From: a virus
Taxonomy: Duplodnaviria > Heunggongvirae > Uroviricota > Caudoviricetes
DNA: 64,000 nucleotides
Direction: 5' to 3' (one strand)
Virus record (IMG/VR): IMGVR_UViG_3300033121_001335
Coordinates: 1-64,000 of that record
In this document: in pieces, positions 52,594 through 61,687 of the stretch
Layout of the letters: every line of letters begins with the position of its first letter
Numbering within the stretch: the first letter of the stretch is position 1
Translations under genes and position numbers: made by a program
The notes under the pieces: generated by a model
What the model was told of the DNA's origin: nothing
Seen by the model: only the letters and a program-made list of their open reading frames with translations
Database searches by the model: none

Positions 52594-52604
52594 AAAATTA
52601 TAAG

Positions 52605-52814
52605 ATGACAAGAGAAGAGGAGGTAAATAAAGCCAAATTAGCCGTTTTTGATGTCAGGGGCTTTTGGTGGGTGATGCAGGATTTAGCGGATTTAAAGGGT
52701 CCGGAATGTGAAATAAAGCAGTTTTTAGCGGAATTACAAAAGAGATATGAGTTTATAGCTCAATCTTCTTTAGAAAAGCCTAAATATAGTCAGGCTAAAA
52801 TAGACTATTTGTAA
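52605..52814 (+). CDS. hypothetical protein
   Basis: ORF track. Confidence 0.55.
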   Translation: MTREEEVNKAKLAVFDVRGFWWVMQDLADLKGPECEIKQFLAELQKRYEFIAQSSLEKPKYSQAKIDYL

Positions 52815-52841
52815 ATTATTTTTTAAAAACAAAATATTGTG

Positions 52842-52849
52842 TATATTTG
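52842..52849 (+). promoter_or_regulatory. -7 promoter box TATATTTG (extended TGTGTATATTTG)
   Basis: The same 12-mer occurs upstream of the recA-like gene (62292-62303). Confidence 0.5.
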
Positions 52850-52884
52850 CACAATGATTAATCAAACGTTTAAATTTAAACAAA

Positions 52885-53325
52885 ATGGCACAGACAAAGA
52901 GAAACGCAGTGGTAGCTTCGCCAGCTTCTAATCAGGCAAAAAAGTATGAAACAAACGCAACAACATGGGGCGAATTTAAGAAAGAAATTTCTGATTTGAT
53001 GGTGGGTAATGTTGAGGCTATTCTTAATCCGGGAAATGTCACTCTGAACAGAGATGATGCAGCTCTTCCCACAGGAGACTTCAGGGTGTTTTTGATTCCT
53101 ACAAAAAATAAAGCAGGAGTTATGAGTCCATCACAAGCACAAGGACTGGCTAAAGAAATCGGTGATGCTATTGTAGCTGCGGCTTCAAAGGCTTCAGATG
53201 ATGATGTACAAGAACTGAGAAACCAGCTTCGTGAAACTATCGAAGACTTTTTCGGAGTGAGTTTGGATAATGATTGCCCAGAATGCGATGAGGCACTAAA
53301 AGAGGCCAAAGCTTATTTAAGCTAA
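52885..53325 (+). CDS. ubiquitin-like (ThiS/MoaD-type beta-grasp) protein candidate with C-terminal extension
   Basis: VEAILNPGNVTLNRDDAALPTGDFRVFLIPTKNKAG(78) matches the ThiS/MoaD C-terminal pattern (v.vN...v.....L.dGD.v.i.P.v.GG). A 68-aa extension follows. Has its own promoter and terminator. Confidence 0.4.
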   Translation: MAQTKRNAVVASPASNQAKKYETNATTWGEFKKEISDLMVGNVEAILNPGNVTLNRDDAALPTGDFRVFLIPTKNKAGVMSPSQAQGLAKEIGDAIVAAASKASDDDVQELRNQLRETIEDFFGVSLDNDCPECDEALKEAKAYLS

Positions 53326-53342
53326 TTTTTTTTTGATTGTTT

Positions 53343-53371
53343 AAAAAGGGGGTGTAAAAGCCCCCTTTTTA
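53343..53371 (+). terminator. intrinsic terminator
   Basis: AAAAAGGGGG..CCCCCTTTTT. Confidence 0.7.
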
Positions 53372-53387
53372 TTTTAATTTATTTATT

Positions 53388-54566
53388 ATGGCAGAAACAT
53401 ATAAAATAGGTGATTATGTAGTGCTTTCTTCTACAAGACCTAGAGGTTGGACCACTTTTATGGACGAGTATTTAGGAAAAATTGTAGAAATAACTTATGT
53501 AGGGGGGAGAACATTTAATTGGCTAGGAAATGTTCGGGGATATACATTTGAATTAACTGATATTGTAAGAAAGGCTACTGATGAGGAAATAAAAGAGGTA
53601 ATAAGGAAGGAAGAAATAAAAAAACAGGAATTTAAAGAAAAATATAAACATTATATATTCGAAACAGATAAATTGGAGAAATTAGCTATAAGTGTATTTG
53701 GAAATGATAGGGTGTATATTGAAGATAAAAATGACCATATATATTTATATATACATTTTCCTGAAATAAACATCACCAATAGTTTAGAGCAAAAACATTT
53801 AATAAAAGACCTATATACAAGATTTAGTTTTACTGTAAGAAAAAACAATTTTGAAACGTCTGGTTATAAACTAAATTTAAGTTTTGCTGGTAGAAGGAGT
53901 TCTCTTTCTTTAAAAGAATATGAAAGTAGCTATAGACATAGTCATTTACAAAGTGGTCAAAATACATTCACTGAGTTTTGTTTAGGAAGCAGCGATTATT
54001 CTTTATTATTACAGAGTTTACAAATAGAGCCTATAGAGGATAATTGGATGATGGTGTTATTAGGATTGGAAAATTATTTAACTTGGGAAAGTTTAGAGGG
54101 TGGCCCATATATGACAATAGATAGTTTAAAATATAACAATAACAGGAGTGGTAGTGAGCTTGCAGCAGAAGCTAAAAGACTGGCAGGAGGCATACCAAAT
54201 GTTTGTTGGGAATTTATAAGTTCTAAATTTGGGCTAATTCCTAATCACCCATTATTATATAATTATTTTGATAAGAATTCTATAATAAGAAATCTCCATG
54301 CTTATTCCAAAGAGGAAGCTAAAGCAGCTGCTAAAAAAGCCACCAGTGAGCTCAATGGATATAGTTTAAATTGGAAGGGGAAGGATATAAATATGAGGGT
54401 GTATGCAGAGGATGAGACGGATGGAGATAACACCCTGAGCAGGGAAGTGGTGATAAAATATTGTGAAATATTATCAGATGAGAGTGTCAAATTTTTAAAA
54501 AATAGTCAATATGAAAGAGGAAAAGAAAGAAACGAAAAAAGAGTCTTTGGAAAAATTAGAGCTTAG
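53388..54566 (+). CDS. hypothetical protein; E2-like conjugating-enzyme candidate
   Basis: HSHLQSGQNTFTEFC(198)LGS loosely resembles the UBC active-site HPN....G.IC(L). N-terminal SH3-like YKIGDYVVL. Confidence 0.3.
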   Translation: MAETYKIGDYVVLSSTRPRGWTTFMDEYLGKIVEITYVGGRTFNWLGNVRGYTFELTDIVRKATDEEIKEVIRKEEIKKQEFKEKYKHYIFETDKLEKLAISVFGNDRVYIEDKNDHIYLYIHFPEINITNSLEQKHLIKDLYTRFSFTVRKNNFETSGYKLNLSFAGRRSSLSLKEYESSYRHSHLQSGQNTFTEFCLGSSDYSLLLQSLQIEPIEDNWMMVLLGLENYLTWESLEGGPYMTIDSLKYNNNRSGSELAAEAKRLAGGIPNVCWEFISSKFGLIPNHPLLYNYFDKNSIIRNLHAYSKEEAKAAAKKATSELNGYSLNWKGKDINMRVYAEDETDGDNTLSREVVIKYCEILSDESVKFLKNSQYERGKERNEKRVFGKIRA

Positions 54567-55791
54567 TAACAAGCCTACATTGGTTATAACTAAGGAATTA
54601 TGTGATAAAATAGCTTTTTTGCATAGCAAAGAAGATGTAGAATGGAGTGGGGAACTTATAGTGAGGGAAGAGGGTACAATAAATGATTTAGACGAATGGA
54701 AGCTTATAGCTGAAGATGTATTCCTCGTGGATATAGGTTCTTCTTCTTATACAGCCTATGAAGTGGGTAAGGGGAGTTTTCAAACAGACGATATAATGGA
54801 AATGTACGAAAAACATCCGGGATTATTAGAGGGCACACATAAACAACATCATATTCATTCACATAATAGTATGGGCTGTTTCTTTAGTGGAACAGACTGG
54901 GACCAAATGAATGACAGATGTTTAGTGAGTAACTATCTTCTTATGTTAATTGTAAATTTTGATGGAAAATGGTGCGCAAAGGTAGGATTTAAAGCCAAAA
55001 AAGAAGGAAATTCAGGAACTACACTCAATTTTGCTAATAATGCAGATGGTTTAAAACCACTAGTGCTAAAGGGAGATAAATCTGATGACGTATTGGTGGT
55101 TATGGATTGTAAAATTGTTAAAGAAAATAGTGTGACAGTGCCAGATGATTTTGTAAAAAGGTATGACACTGTTAAAAAGGTAAAAGAAGAGGCCAAAAAG
55201 AAAGAAGAAAAAGCAAGGCAATTTAGTGGTGGTGCTTACAACCGAGTGGGGCCTAAAAAAGATTGGAAACAACCTGTTCTAGGAGGCAGAGAAGATTGGA
55301 TGAGAGATGCTTGGGATGGTGTTGAAGAAGAGGATAGTGTGGATGATTACGAAAAAATAAATGGTGTTTGGAAGAAAACTAAAAATAAGCAGAAAAGAAT
55401 CAGTGAAATGACAGAAAAAGAATGGAATGAGAGTCAAAGCACTGGTGTAGGAAGTTTTACCATAGCTCATGCCAAAGCTCTTTTAAATTCCATTTTAGAT
55501 GGGACATATATGGCTTATGATTACTCAGACCCAATGAAGAAAATAGAAGAACAAGAGTCTAAACTAGTGAGGGGCACTGATGATTATGAAAAATATGTTG
55601 ATGAGTTTGCAGAGCTCCTTCAAGAACATTTTGATGTAATATTTTTATATAAAAATCAAAATGACTATATAGAACTTATGAATCAAGTGTTAGAATATTT
55701 AATTCCATACACATTTAGGAGTGATTTAGTGTCTATGATGATAGAAGCAGTAAAAATTGAAATTGAACTATATAAAGAACCTGTAATATGA
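54511..55791 (+). CDS. JAB/MPN (JAMM) metallopeptidase domain protein with long C-terminal extension
   Basis: Exact JAMM motif H116-S-H118-x7-S126-x2-D129 (HSHNSMGCFFSGTD, nt 54856-54897) plus the upstream Glu (VEWSGEL). Confidence 0.8.
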   Translation: MKEEKKETKKESLEKLELSNKPTLVITKELCDKIAFLHSKEDVEWSGELIVREEGTINDLDEWKLIAEDVFLVDIGSSSYTAYEVGKGSFQTDDIMEMYEKHPGLLEGTHKQHHIHSHNSMGCFFSGTDWDQMNDRCLVSNYLLMLIVNFDGKWCAKVGFKAKKEGNSGTTLNFANNADGLKPLVLKGDKSDDVLVVMDCKIVKENSVTVPDDFVKRYDTVKKVKEEAKKKEEKARQFSGGAYNRVGPKKDWKQPVLGGREDWMRDAWDGVEEEDSVDDYEKINGVWKKTKNKQKRISEMTEKEWNESQSTGVGSFTIAHAKALLNSILDGTYMAYDYSDPMKKIEEQESKLVRGTDDYEKYVDEFAELLQEHFDVIFLYKNQNDYIELMNQVLEYLIPYTFRSDLVSMMIEAVKIEIELYKEPVI

Positions 55792-56516
55792 GAGAACAAA
55801 CAACAAGAACAACAAGATTTAGTGGGGCTGATTGGTCAGACCAACTAAAAACCATCTATCTTATAGGACTGGGTGGAATAGGCAGCTATGTTGCTTATAA
55901 TTTAGCCAGAATAGGACATCAATTGATTTTAATTGATGGTGATATTGTTGATGAAACAAATGTAAATGGAGGACAGCTCTATCGTGTAGCAGATGTTGGT
56001 AAATATAAGGTGGACGTTATGCAAGAAATATGCAGACAATTTGGTGGAATAGGTGGAATTAGTGCTTACAGTACAAATTATGAAGAAGAGAATTTTGGTG
56101 CTAATGATATTACAATATGTGGACTGGATAATATGGCGGCCAGAAAACAAGTGTTTGAGGCCTGGGTTGATGGATTTTATGGGGACAAAGATGCTCTTTA
56201 TATTGATGGCAGACTTTTAATGGAAAGTATGGAAATATTTGCTATAAAAGGTGATGATGAAGAAGCTATTAGTAAATATAGGGAGGAACATTTATTTGAT
56301 GATAGTGAAGTGGCTGATTTAGACTGTACATCCAAACAAAGCTCATTTGCAGGGATGATTATAGCTGGTATGATGACAGCAATATTGTGTAATCATTTAA
56401 CCAACCGAAAAATGGGAATGGATTTTAGAACTGTACCATTTTATCAAAGGCTTCACCTGCCCATATTTAAACATGATGTTATAGAATCAACTATAGAAAA
56501 GGAGGCTTTGGTGTAA
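55788..56516 (+). CDS. ThiF/MoeB/E1-like adenylyltransferase
   Basis: Rossmann GLGGIGSYVAYNLARIG..LILIDGDIVDETNVNGGQLY and ICGLDNMAARK; ATGA overlap with the JAB gene. Confidence 0.8.
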   Translation: MREQTTRTTRFSGADWSDQLKTIYLIGLGGIGSYVAYNLARIGHQLILIDGDIVDETNVNGGQLYRVADVGKYKVDVMQEICRQFGGIGGISAYSTNYEEENFGANDITICGLDNMAARKQVFEAWVDGFYGDKDALYIDGRLLMESMEIFAIKGDDEEAISKYREEHLFDDSEVADLDCTSKQSSFAGMIIAGMMTAILCNHLTNRKMGMDFRTVPFYQRLHLPIFKHDVIESTIEKEALV

Positions 56517-56517
56517 T

Positions 56518-57603
56518 ATGGCTAGAAAAGAAAAACCTATATACGAAAAAATACCCACCACAGGAGAACTAGTGGAATTAGACGGAACAAGTGAATATTT
56601 AAGGAATCATAATGGTTTTTATGCGCCGGAAAGGAATAATTTAACAATGAGCGTATATAGTGATTTTATTCCTTTATTGTATTTGACATCCGGGTTAAGA
56701 GCTCCTAGAATGAGGGTGAGTCAAAATTCTTATTTAAATATAGTGGGAATAGAGAAAGAAAAATATGTTGAAGAAGACTATCATAAATGGAAAGAAAAAT
56801 ATTTGCGTGGAGTGATTAGTGGATATTACGATAGTTCTTTTTCTTTTGATAAAAATCAGAATATTATAGGATTACATTACGAGCTTAAAAGATGGATTGA
56901 AATGGATTCTAAGATGGATGTAGAAAGCTTGATTCCATACCCATCGCATTCTTGGAGTGTTTGTGATAGAACTGCCGTATTAAATAGAATGGGCAGATTT
57001 CAAATTGGAAGCAGTTGTCAACGAACTTACAGGGTGGGGACAAGTGCTTTTTCTTTATATTTAGCAAACAATCAACAATGGACTCCGCATGTTTTAGCTG
57101 TAGTGCTCCCGGAAAACTACATCTATTTGAAATATAAACTATTAACACAGAATGTGTTAGACCTTAGTAAGGTGATTATACTAATAGATAGGGAATTGGA
57201 TACAACAACCTTTCCAAAGCAGCCCTTTAGAAAGCTTTATAGGGAAGGTATGATGCCACGCATAATGAAAAGCGCTTGTGATGTTTGGAGAGTGCCTCAA
57301 AGTTTTATAAAGGAAAAATGTTTTGTAGAACCGTTTAGTTTAAGAGGAATCGGACCTTTAGAGAGAAAAAGGGTGTTAGACCAACTTATCGAAGGATTTG
57401 TAAGTTTTTTAGATGAGAAAAAAGAAGAAGATAAGTATAAAGCCCTTCTTACTTCTTCATTGACTGAAGCTTTTCAACAAATAACTGCTACAAGTGGACT
57501 TTATAACATTTCTACAAATCAACAAGGACAATCTAGTGCTGATGCCATATATGTGGGAGGAGTAGACCCAATAGATATAGTTTATGAAGAAAATAGAAAT
57601 TAA
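56518..57603 (+). CDS. hypothetical protein, last gene of the Ubl cassette
   Basis: Starts 2 nt after the E1-like stop; no motif recognised (PYPSHSWSVCD noted). Confidence 0.6.
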   Translation: MARKEKPIYEKIPTTGELVELDGTSEYLRNHNGFYAPERNNLTMSVYSDFIPLLYLTSGLRAPRMRVSQNSYLNIVGIEKEKYVEEDYHKWKEKYLRGVISGYYDSSFSFDKNQNIIGLHYELKRWIEMDSKMDVESLIPYPSHSWSVCDRTAVLNRMGRFQIGSSCQRTYRVGTSAFSLYLANNQQWTPHVLAVVLPENYIYLKYKLLTQNVLDLSKVIILIDRELDTTTFPKQPFRKLYREGMMPRIMKSACDVWRVPQSFIKEKCFVEPFSLRGIGPLERKRVLDQLIEGFVSFLDEKKEEDKYKALLTSSLTEAFQQITATSGLYNISTNQQGQSSADAIYVGGVDPIDIVYEENRN

Positions 57604-57615
57604 AAAATAAATATT

Positions 57616-57653
57616 AAAAATAAGCAGGAATTAAATATTTCTGCTTATTTTTG
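57616..57653 (+). terminator. intrinsic terminator
   Basis: 12-bp stem AATAAGCAGGAA/TTTCTGCTTATT plus a T-run. Confidence 0.65.
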
Positions 57654-57658
57654 TATGT

Positions 57659-58111
57659 ATGAGAAGAAAAAAAGGAAAAAAGCCTATAAAGGCTAGAACA
57701 GACACATCATCTAAGAAACGCAAGGCTGTAAAGAAGAAAATAGCATCAAAAAGAAAGGCTGCCCCAAAAACCAGAAATGCTGGCAGATGGTCAGAAGGAG
57801 AGTTCTGGCAATCAATTCGTTCGGCTTTGAGAAATCGAACCAGATTTTGGGTTCCTAAATTGGAAGCTTTAAAGAAGGCTAGAAGGCCGTCTCAGAGTGT
57901 TAATAAGCGACTTAAATGGGAGTTTATGTGTGCTGAATGTAAAAACTGGTTTCCTCAGAAGGGTGTACAAGTGCATCATGATGTAGAGGCTGGAAAGCTT
58001 AATTCAGCAGAAGATTTAGCTGGATTTGTAGAGAGACTTTTTGCTGAAGAGGGTTGGACAGTTATGTGTCGGGGATGTCATTCTGAACATCATAAAAAAT
58101 TAAAACAATAA
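57659..58111 (+). CDS. HNH endonuclease with basic N-terminus
   Basis: CAECKNWF..VQVHHD..CRGCHSEHH. Confidence 0.65.
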   Translation: MRRKKGKKPIKARTDTSSKKRKAVKKKIASKRKAAPKTRNAGRWSEGEFWQSIRSALRNRTRFWVPKLEALKKARRPSQSVNKRLKWEFMCAECKNWFPQKGVQVHHDVEAGKLNSAEDLAGFVERLFAEEGWTVMCRGCHSEHHKKLKQ

Positions 58112-58113
58112 CA

Positions 58114-59238
58114 ATGGGAGCAAAAGGAACATTAGTAAACAAGCCTATAGAAACACCTGATGTTGTTTATAGGAAATTAGAAGGATTAAATTATAGTGCT
58201 ATCAAAACCTTTGATAAATCGCCTGTACAATTTTTTAGCGAGTTTATAATGGGTAATCCAAAAGAGGAGGAGGACACCGTTAATACACTAATAGGAAACA
58301 TAGTGGATGATGCTATATTGACGTATTTGGGTGATTTTGAAGAATTTGAACAACATTTCGATGAAAGCTATGCTTTATTTCAGGGAGAGCCGGGGAGTGG
58401 GCAGGGGTTTTTATTAGCTGACGAATTGTTTAAAATAACAATGAGGAGTGTAGTGGATGGCCACATCACCCGTAGTTTTGAAGAAAGGTTCAGAGAAGCT
58501 TTTGAAATAGTGCAGGGGGAAGGAAAATATAAAGGAAAAACAGTGGAACAGGGATTAGAAGACTTTAAAAAGCCTAACAAAGCCGGAACCACCCCTGAGA
58601 GCTATTTTCAGGCGAAATTAGACAATATGGGGAAAAAGGTGGTGTCTGCCAGCATTAAAGCAAAAGGGCTTCAAATAGCCGCTAATGCGCTTATAGACCC
58701 ATTTACGAAAGACTACTTTGATTTTGAGGAGCACAAGGGTGTGGAAAGACTACCCAAATTCCCTATTACATTCATGTATAAAGGGGAAGAGGGGGAAATT
58801 GAAGGAAAGGTGGAAGTGGACGAAATAGAAATCAACCACAAAAATAAAACTATTCAACCTATAGACCTTAAAACCACTTATGATAACACCCAATTTACAT
58901 ATGGGTATTTAAAGAATGGATATTATATTCAGGCTGTATGGTATTCTATAGCCATAATTTGGTGGGCTAAAAACAATGGGTTGGAAGACTACACAGTGCT
59001 TCCCTATAAATTTATTGTTCTGGACACCAGTGTTAACAATAGAAGACCTATTATAAGAACGCTTTCTGAAAAACATATGAACGATGGATATGAAGGATTT
59101 TGGGCCAGAGGAAGGTGGTATAGAGGAGTGAAAGAGCTTGTAGAAGCTATTATATGGGGAAATAATACATGTATATGGAATGTTTCTAGAGAGGCATTTG
59201 AAAACAACGGAGAAATAAAAATGGAGGAACATTACTAA
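58114..59238 (+). CDS. PD-(D/E)XK (RecB/Cas4-like) nuclease
   Basis: VDEIEI..IQPIDLKTT (D..E/D-x-K) and the YYIQAVWY (QxxxY) motif. Confidence 0.6.
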   Translation: MGAKGTLVNKPIETPDVVYRKLEGLNYSAIKTFDKSPVQFFSEFIMGNPKEEEDTVNTLIGNIVDDAILTYLGDFEEFEQHFDESYALFQGEPGSGQGFLLADELFKITMRSVVDGHITRSFEERFREAFEIVQGEGKYKGKTVEQGLEDFKKPNKAGTTPESYFQAKLDNMGKKVVSASIKAKGLQIAANALIDPFTKDYFDFEEHKGVERLPKFPITFMYKGEEGEIEGKVEVDEIEINHKNKTIQPIDLKTTYDNTQFTYGYLKNGYYIQAVWYSIAIIWWAKNNGLEDYTVLPYKFIVLDTSVNNRRPIIRTLSEKHMNDGYEGFWARGRWYRGVKELVEAIIWGNNTCIWNVSREAFENNGEIKMEEHY

Positions 59239-59822
59239 TGATAGGAGAGCTTTTTAAATACAACTGCTCAACATTATTTATATTAAAACCTGTTGTGGGA
59301 GTTAATTGGGGAATTCTTGGAGAAGAATTTGGCCTTATTAACTCCTATTTACGGGATAGGGCCAGAGAAGATTTGACGGGAGAATTGTTATTTGTCCTAT
59401 TTAAACCTATAGATTTTGATTATTTTGAGATGTTCTTAGAAGAACAAAGTGAAAGTGAGCATTTTTTAGAAGATTATGATTATGCTGGTGGATATGTAGT
59501 GATGGTGTATAAAATTCCAGAGTGGCTTAAGCCAGATTTTGAGCTGTTTAAACAGGGAAAATATTCTAAATTCTCTAATTTGTTAAAGAATTGTTATGAT
59601 AAGGAGGTGAAGGCGTTTCTTAAGCCTATTCCTACATTTCAGTGGGAAGTGTTTAATAAGTCAAAAAGCCTAAGAGAAGAATTAGAAGAATATATAGGAA
59701 GCGCCATTGATAAAAACAGCGAAATATGGGAACTTCCAGACCAAGAAAAGAAGGAAGTGCTTGATATTCAACAATTTATAAAACCAGAGTTAACACAAAT
59801 TTTAAAAACTGAGGAATTATGA
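59238..59822 (+). CDS. hypothetical protein
   Basis: ORF track. Confidence 0.65.
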   Translation: MIGELFKYNCSTLFILKPVVGVNWGILGEEFGLINSYLRDRAREDLTGELLFVLFKPIDFDYFEMFLEEQSESEHFLEDYDYAGGYVVMVYKIPEWLKPDFELFKQGKYSKFSNLLKNCYDKEVKAFLKPIPTFQWEVFNKSKSLREELEEYIGSAIDKNSEIWELPDQEKKEVLDIQQFIKPELTQILKTEEL

Positions 59823-60199
59823 TAGACATAAAAGAAATAAAGAAAAATCAGCCTAAAGCTTATGAACTTTTAAGGAAGTTTATAGAAAACGGGCTTAAAG
59901 AAATGCAAAATAGAATGACTCAGAATATTGGGTCTGTTAAAATAGAAGAAATCCCCCCTGTTGATGACAGAATAGTGGAGGGGGTGTTATATTGGAATAT
60001 TAGGAGTTTATACGATTTTCTAGACCAGAATAATCAAGAAATCGGTATTGGGTTTTCTACATTAGAGGGAGAAAAGAGATATGAATATTCTATAGGAGAT
60101 GATGGTGTGTCTATAGGAGAGTTTAAAACAAGACCAGAAGCCGAACAAGCTGCTTTTGAAGAGGCTTTTAAATTTTTAGAAAATAAATTAAATAAATAA
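59819..60199 (+). CDS. hypothetical protein
   Basis: ORF track; ATGA overlap. Confidence 0.65.
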   Translation: MIDIKEIKKNQPKAYELLRKFIENGLKEMQNRMTQNIGSVKIEEIPPVDDRIVEGVLYWNIRSLYDFLDQNNQEIGIGFSTLEGEKRYEYSIGDDGVSIGEFKTRPEAEQAAFEEAFKFLENKLNK

Positions 60200-60201
60200 C
60201 T

Positions 60202-60885
60202 ATGGCAACAGTAACAATGGATATAGCCGAATTAGATAAATTGCGGCAGGAGTTAAAAGAACAAAAAGAAAAACAAGAAGCTCTTTCAAAAGAAATGAAC
60301 GATGTAAAGAGTGATAAAAGGGTGATAGTAAAAACAAAACCAGCTACCAAAGCAGATTTTACTTATAGTTTTGACATGCAAAGATATACTAAGTATCATC
60401 AACAACTTACCTCTAGATTGGGTTATAGTAGTCATACGGTGTTTTCAGAAAATGATGCTATAAGAAAGTGTCTTACTATATATCCTCTTCATAATATAGA
60501 GGGGCAATTTAAAGAATTTATAAATTTTGAGGATGCTAAAGAGGAACTTAAAGCTAAGCTTGAGGAAAAATATAAAGATGAATTAGCTAATTTAAGAGCC
60601 TCTGAAAAATACTCTGATGATAGACTTAGAGATAAACAAAAAGAATTTGAGGAAGCTAAGAGAGTGTTAATACAGCAACATGAAGAAAGAGAGGCGCTTA
60701 AGCAAAAAGACATTGATGCTCTCCAAAAGAAATACGATGAGTTAGAATCTGGTAAGAGGGAACTTTCTAAAATACAAAAATTACAAGAAACTATACAAAA
60801 ATTACAAGAAACTATACAAAAACTGGAAAAAGAGCTAATTAAAGAAAAATCCAAGTCTTGGTGGCAAAAATTATTAGGAAAATGA
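60202..60885 (+). CDS. coiled-coil protein with internal 21-bp tandem repeat
   Basis: KIQKLQETIQKLQETIQKLEKE encoded by 60772-60824. Confidence 0.65.
   Translation: MATVTMDIAELDKLRQELKEQKEKQEALSKEMNDVKSDKRVIVKTKPATKADFTYSFDMQRYTKYHQQLTSRLGYSSHTVFSENDAIRKCLTIYPLHNIEGQFKEFINFEDAKEELKAKLEEKYKDELANLRASEKYSDDRLRDKQKEFEEAKRVLIQQHEEREALKQKDIDALQKKYDELESGKRELSKIQKLQETIQKLQETIQKLEKELIKEKSKSWWQKLLGK
60772..60824 (+). repeat. 21-bp tandem repeat x2.5 (atacaaaaattacaagaaact)
   Basis: Copies at 60772-60792 and 60793-60813, partial copy at 60814-60824. Confidence 0.9.
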
Positions 60886-61367
60886 AAATATTGTATATAG
60901 ATATGGATGGGGTTGTAGCAGATTTTGATAAGTTTGTCCAGCCCCTAATACCAGATATAGAATTAGGTGATGGTGACCCATCTACATACGTAGAGAGAAG
61001 TAAAAGAGTGGATGAGTTAATGATAGCTAATCCTACAATGTTTGAAAAGCTACCACTTATACCGAGGGCTTCTTGGGCTATCTATAAGCTTAAAGATAGC
61101 GGATTATACGATATATATTTTCTTTCTACTCCTGTTTGTCATGTTCCAGAAAGCTATAGTGGAAAAAGAATATGGTTAAAAGAGAATTTTGGAGAATGGG
61201 TGGATAAAAGGCTTATCCTTACACATAGAAAAGATTTAGCTATAGGAGACTATTTAATAGATGATAGATTTAAAAATGGTGCTGCTGAATTTAAAGGAGA
61301 ACACATACATTTTAAAGGAGAAAAATTTCCTAATTGGGAATCAGTTATAAAATATTTATTACCATGA
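60882..61367 (+). CDS. 5'(3')-deoxyribonucleotidase (HAD superfamily)
   Basis: Motif I ILYIDMDGVVADF. Start moved to ATG at 60882 (ATGA overlap). Confidence 0.75.
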   Translation: MKILYIDMDGVVADFDKFVQPLIPDIELGDGDPSTYVERSKRVDELMIANPTMFEKLPLIPRASWAIYKLKDSGLYDIYFLSTPVCHVPESYSGKRIWLKENFGEWVDKRLILTHRKDLAIGDYLIDDRFKNGAAEFKGEHIHFKGEKFPNWESVIKYLLP

Positions 61368-61687
61368 CACCAGAAAAACAATTAGAAATATACAAGGAAA
61401 TAGATGCTGAAATCTTAGAAATTACCAAATCTAAAAGACATGATTACGCTGATGCAGATGTATTAAGTAATTTTAAGAGTGTTAGTATGGCAGCTAAGAG
61501 TTTAGGAATAGATATAGGAAAATCAGAACAATATGCTATGTTTATGGTGTTGTTAAAAATTGCTAGACTAACAAATCTTTTGAATTCTGGTAAAACACCA
61601 TCAAACGAAGCTATAGGAGATAGTTTTAAAGATGCTATAAATTACATGAAATTATCTTATTGTTGTTACATTGATGAAACTATATAG
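61364..61687 (+). CDS. hypothetical protein (DUF1599-like impression)
   Basis: KRHDYADADVLSNF..LLKIARLTNL. Start moved to ATG at 61364. Confidence 0.5.
   Translation: MTPEKQLEIYKEIDAEILEITKSKRHDYADADVLSNFKSVSMAAKSLGIDIGKSEQYAMFMVLLKIARLTNLLNSGKTPSNEAIGDSFKDAINYMKLSYCCYIDETI

Noticed and set aside
52885-53325. Other Gly-terminated proteins as the Ubl (18707..19144 ends ..YAG; 25482..25733 ends ..CAG; 31655..32119 ends ..ANG)
   Set aside because: They are distant from the E1/JAB genes and show no ThiS/MoaD-like C-terminal pattern. A terminal Gly alone is weak evidence.
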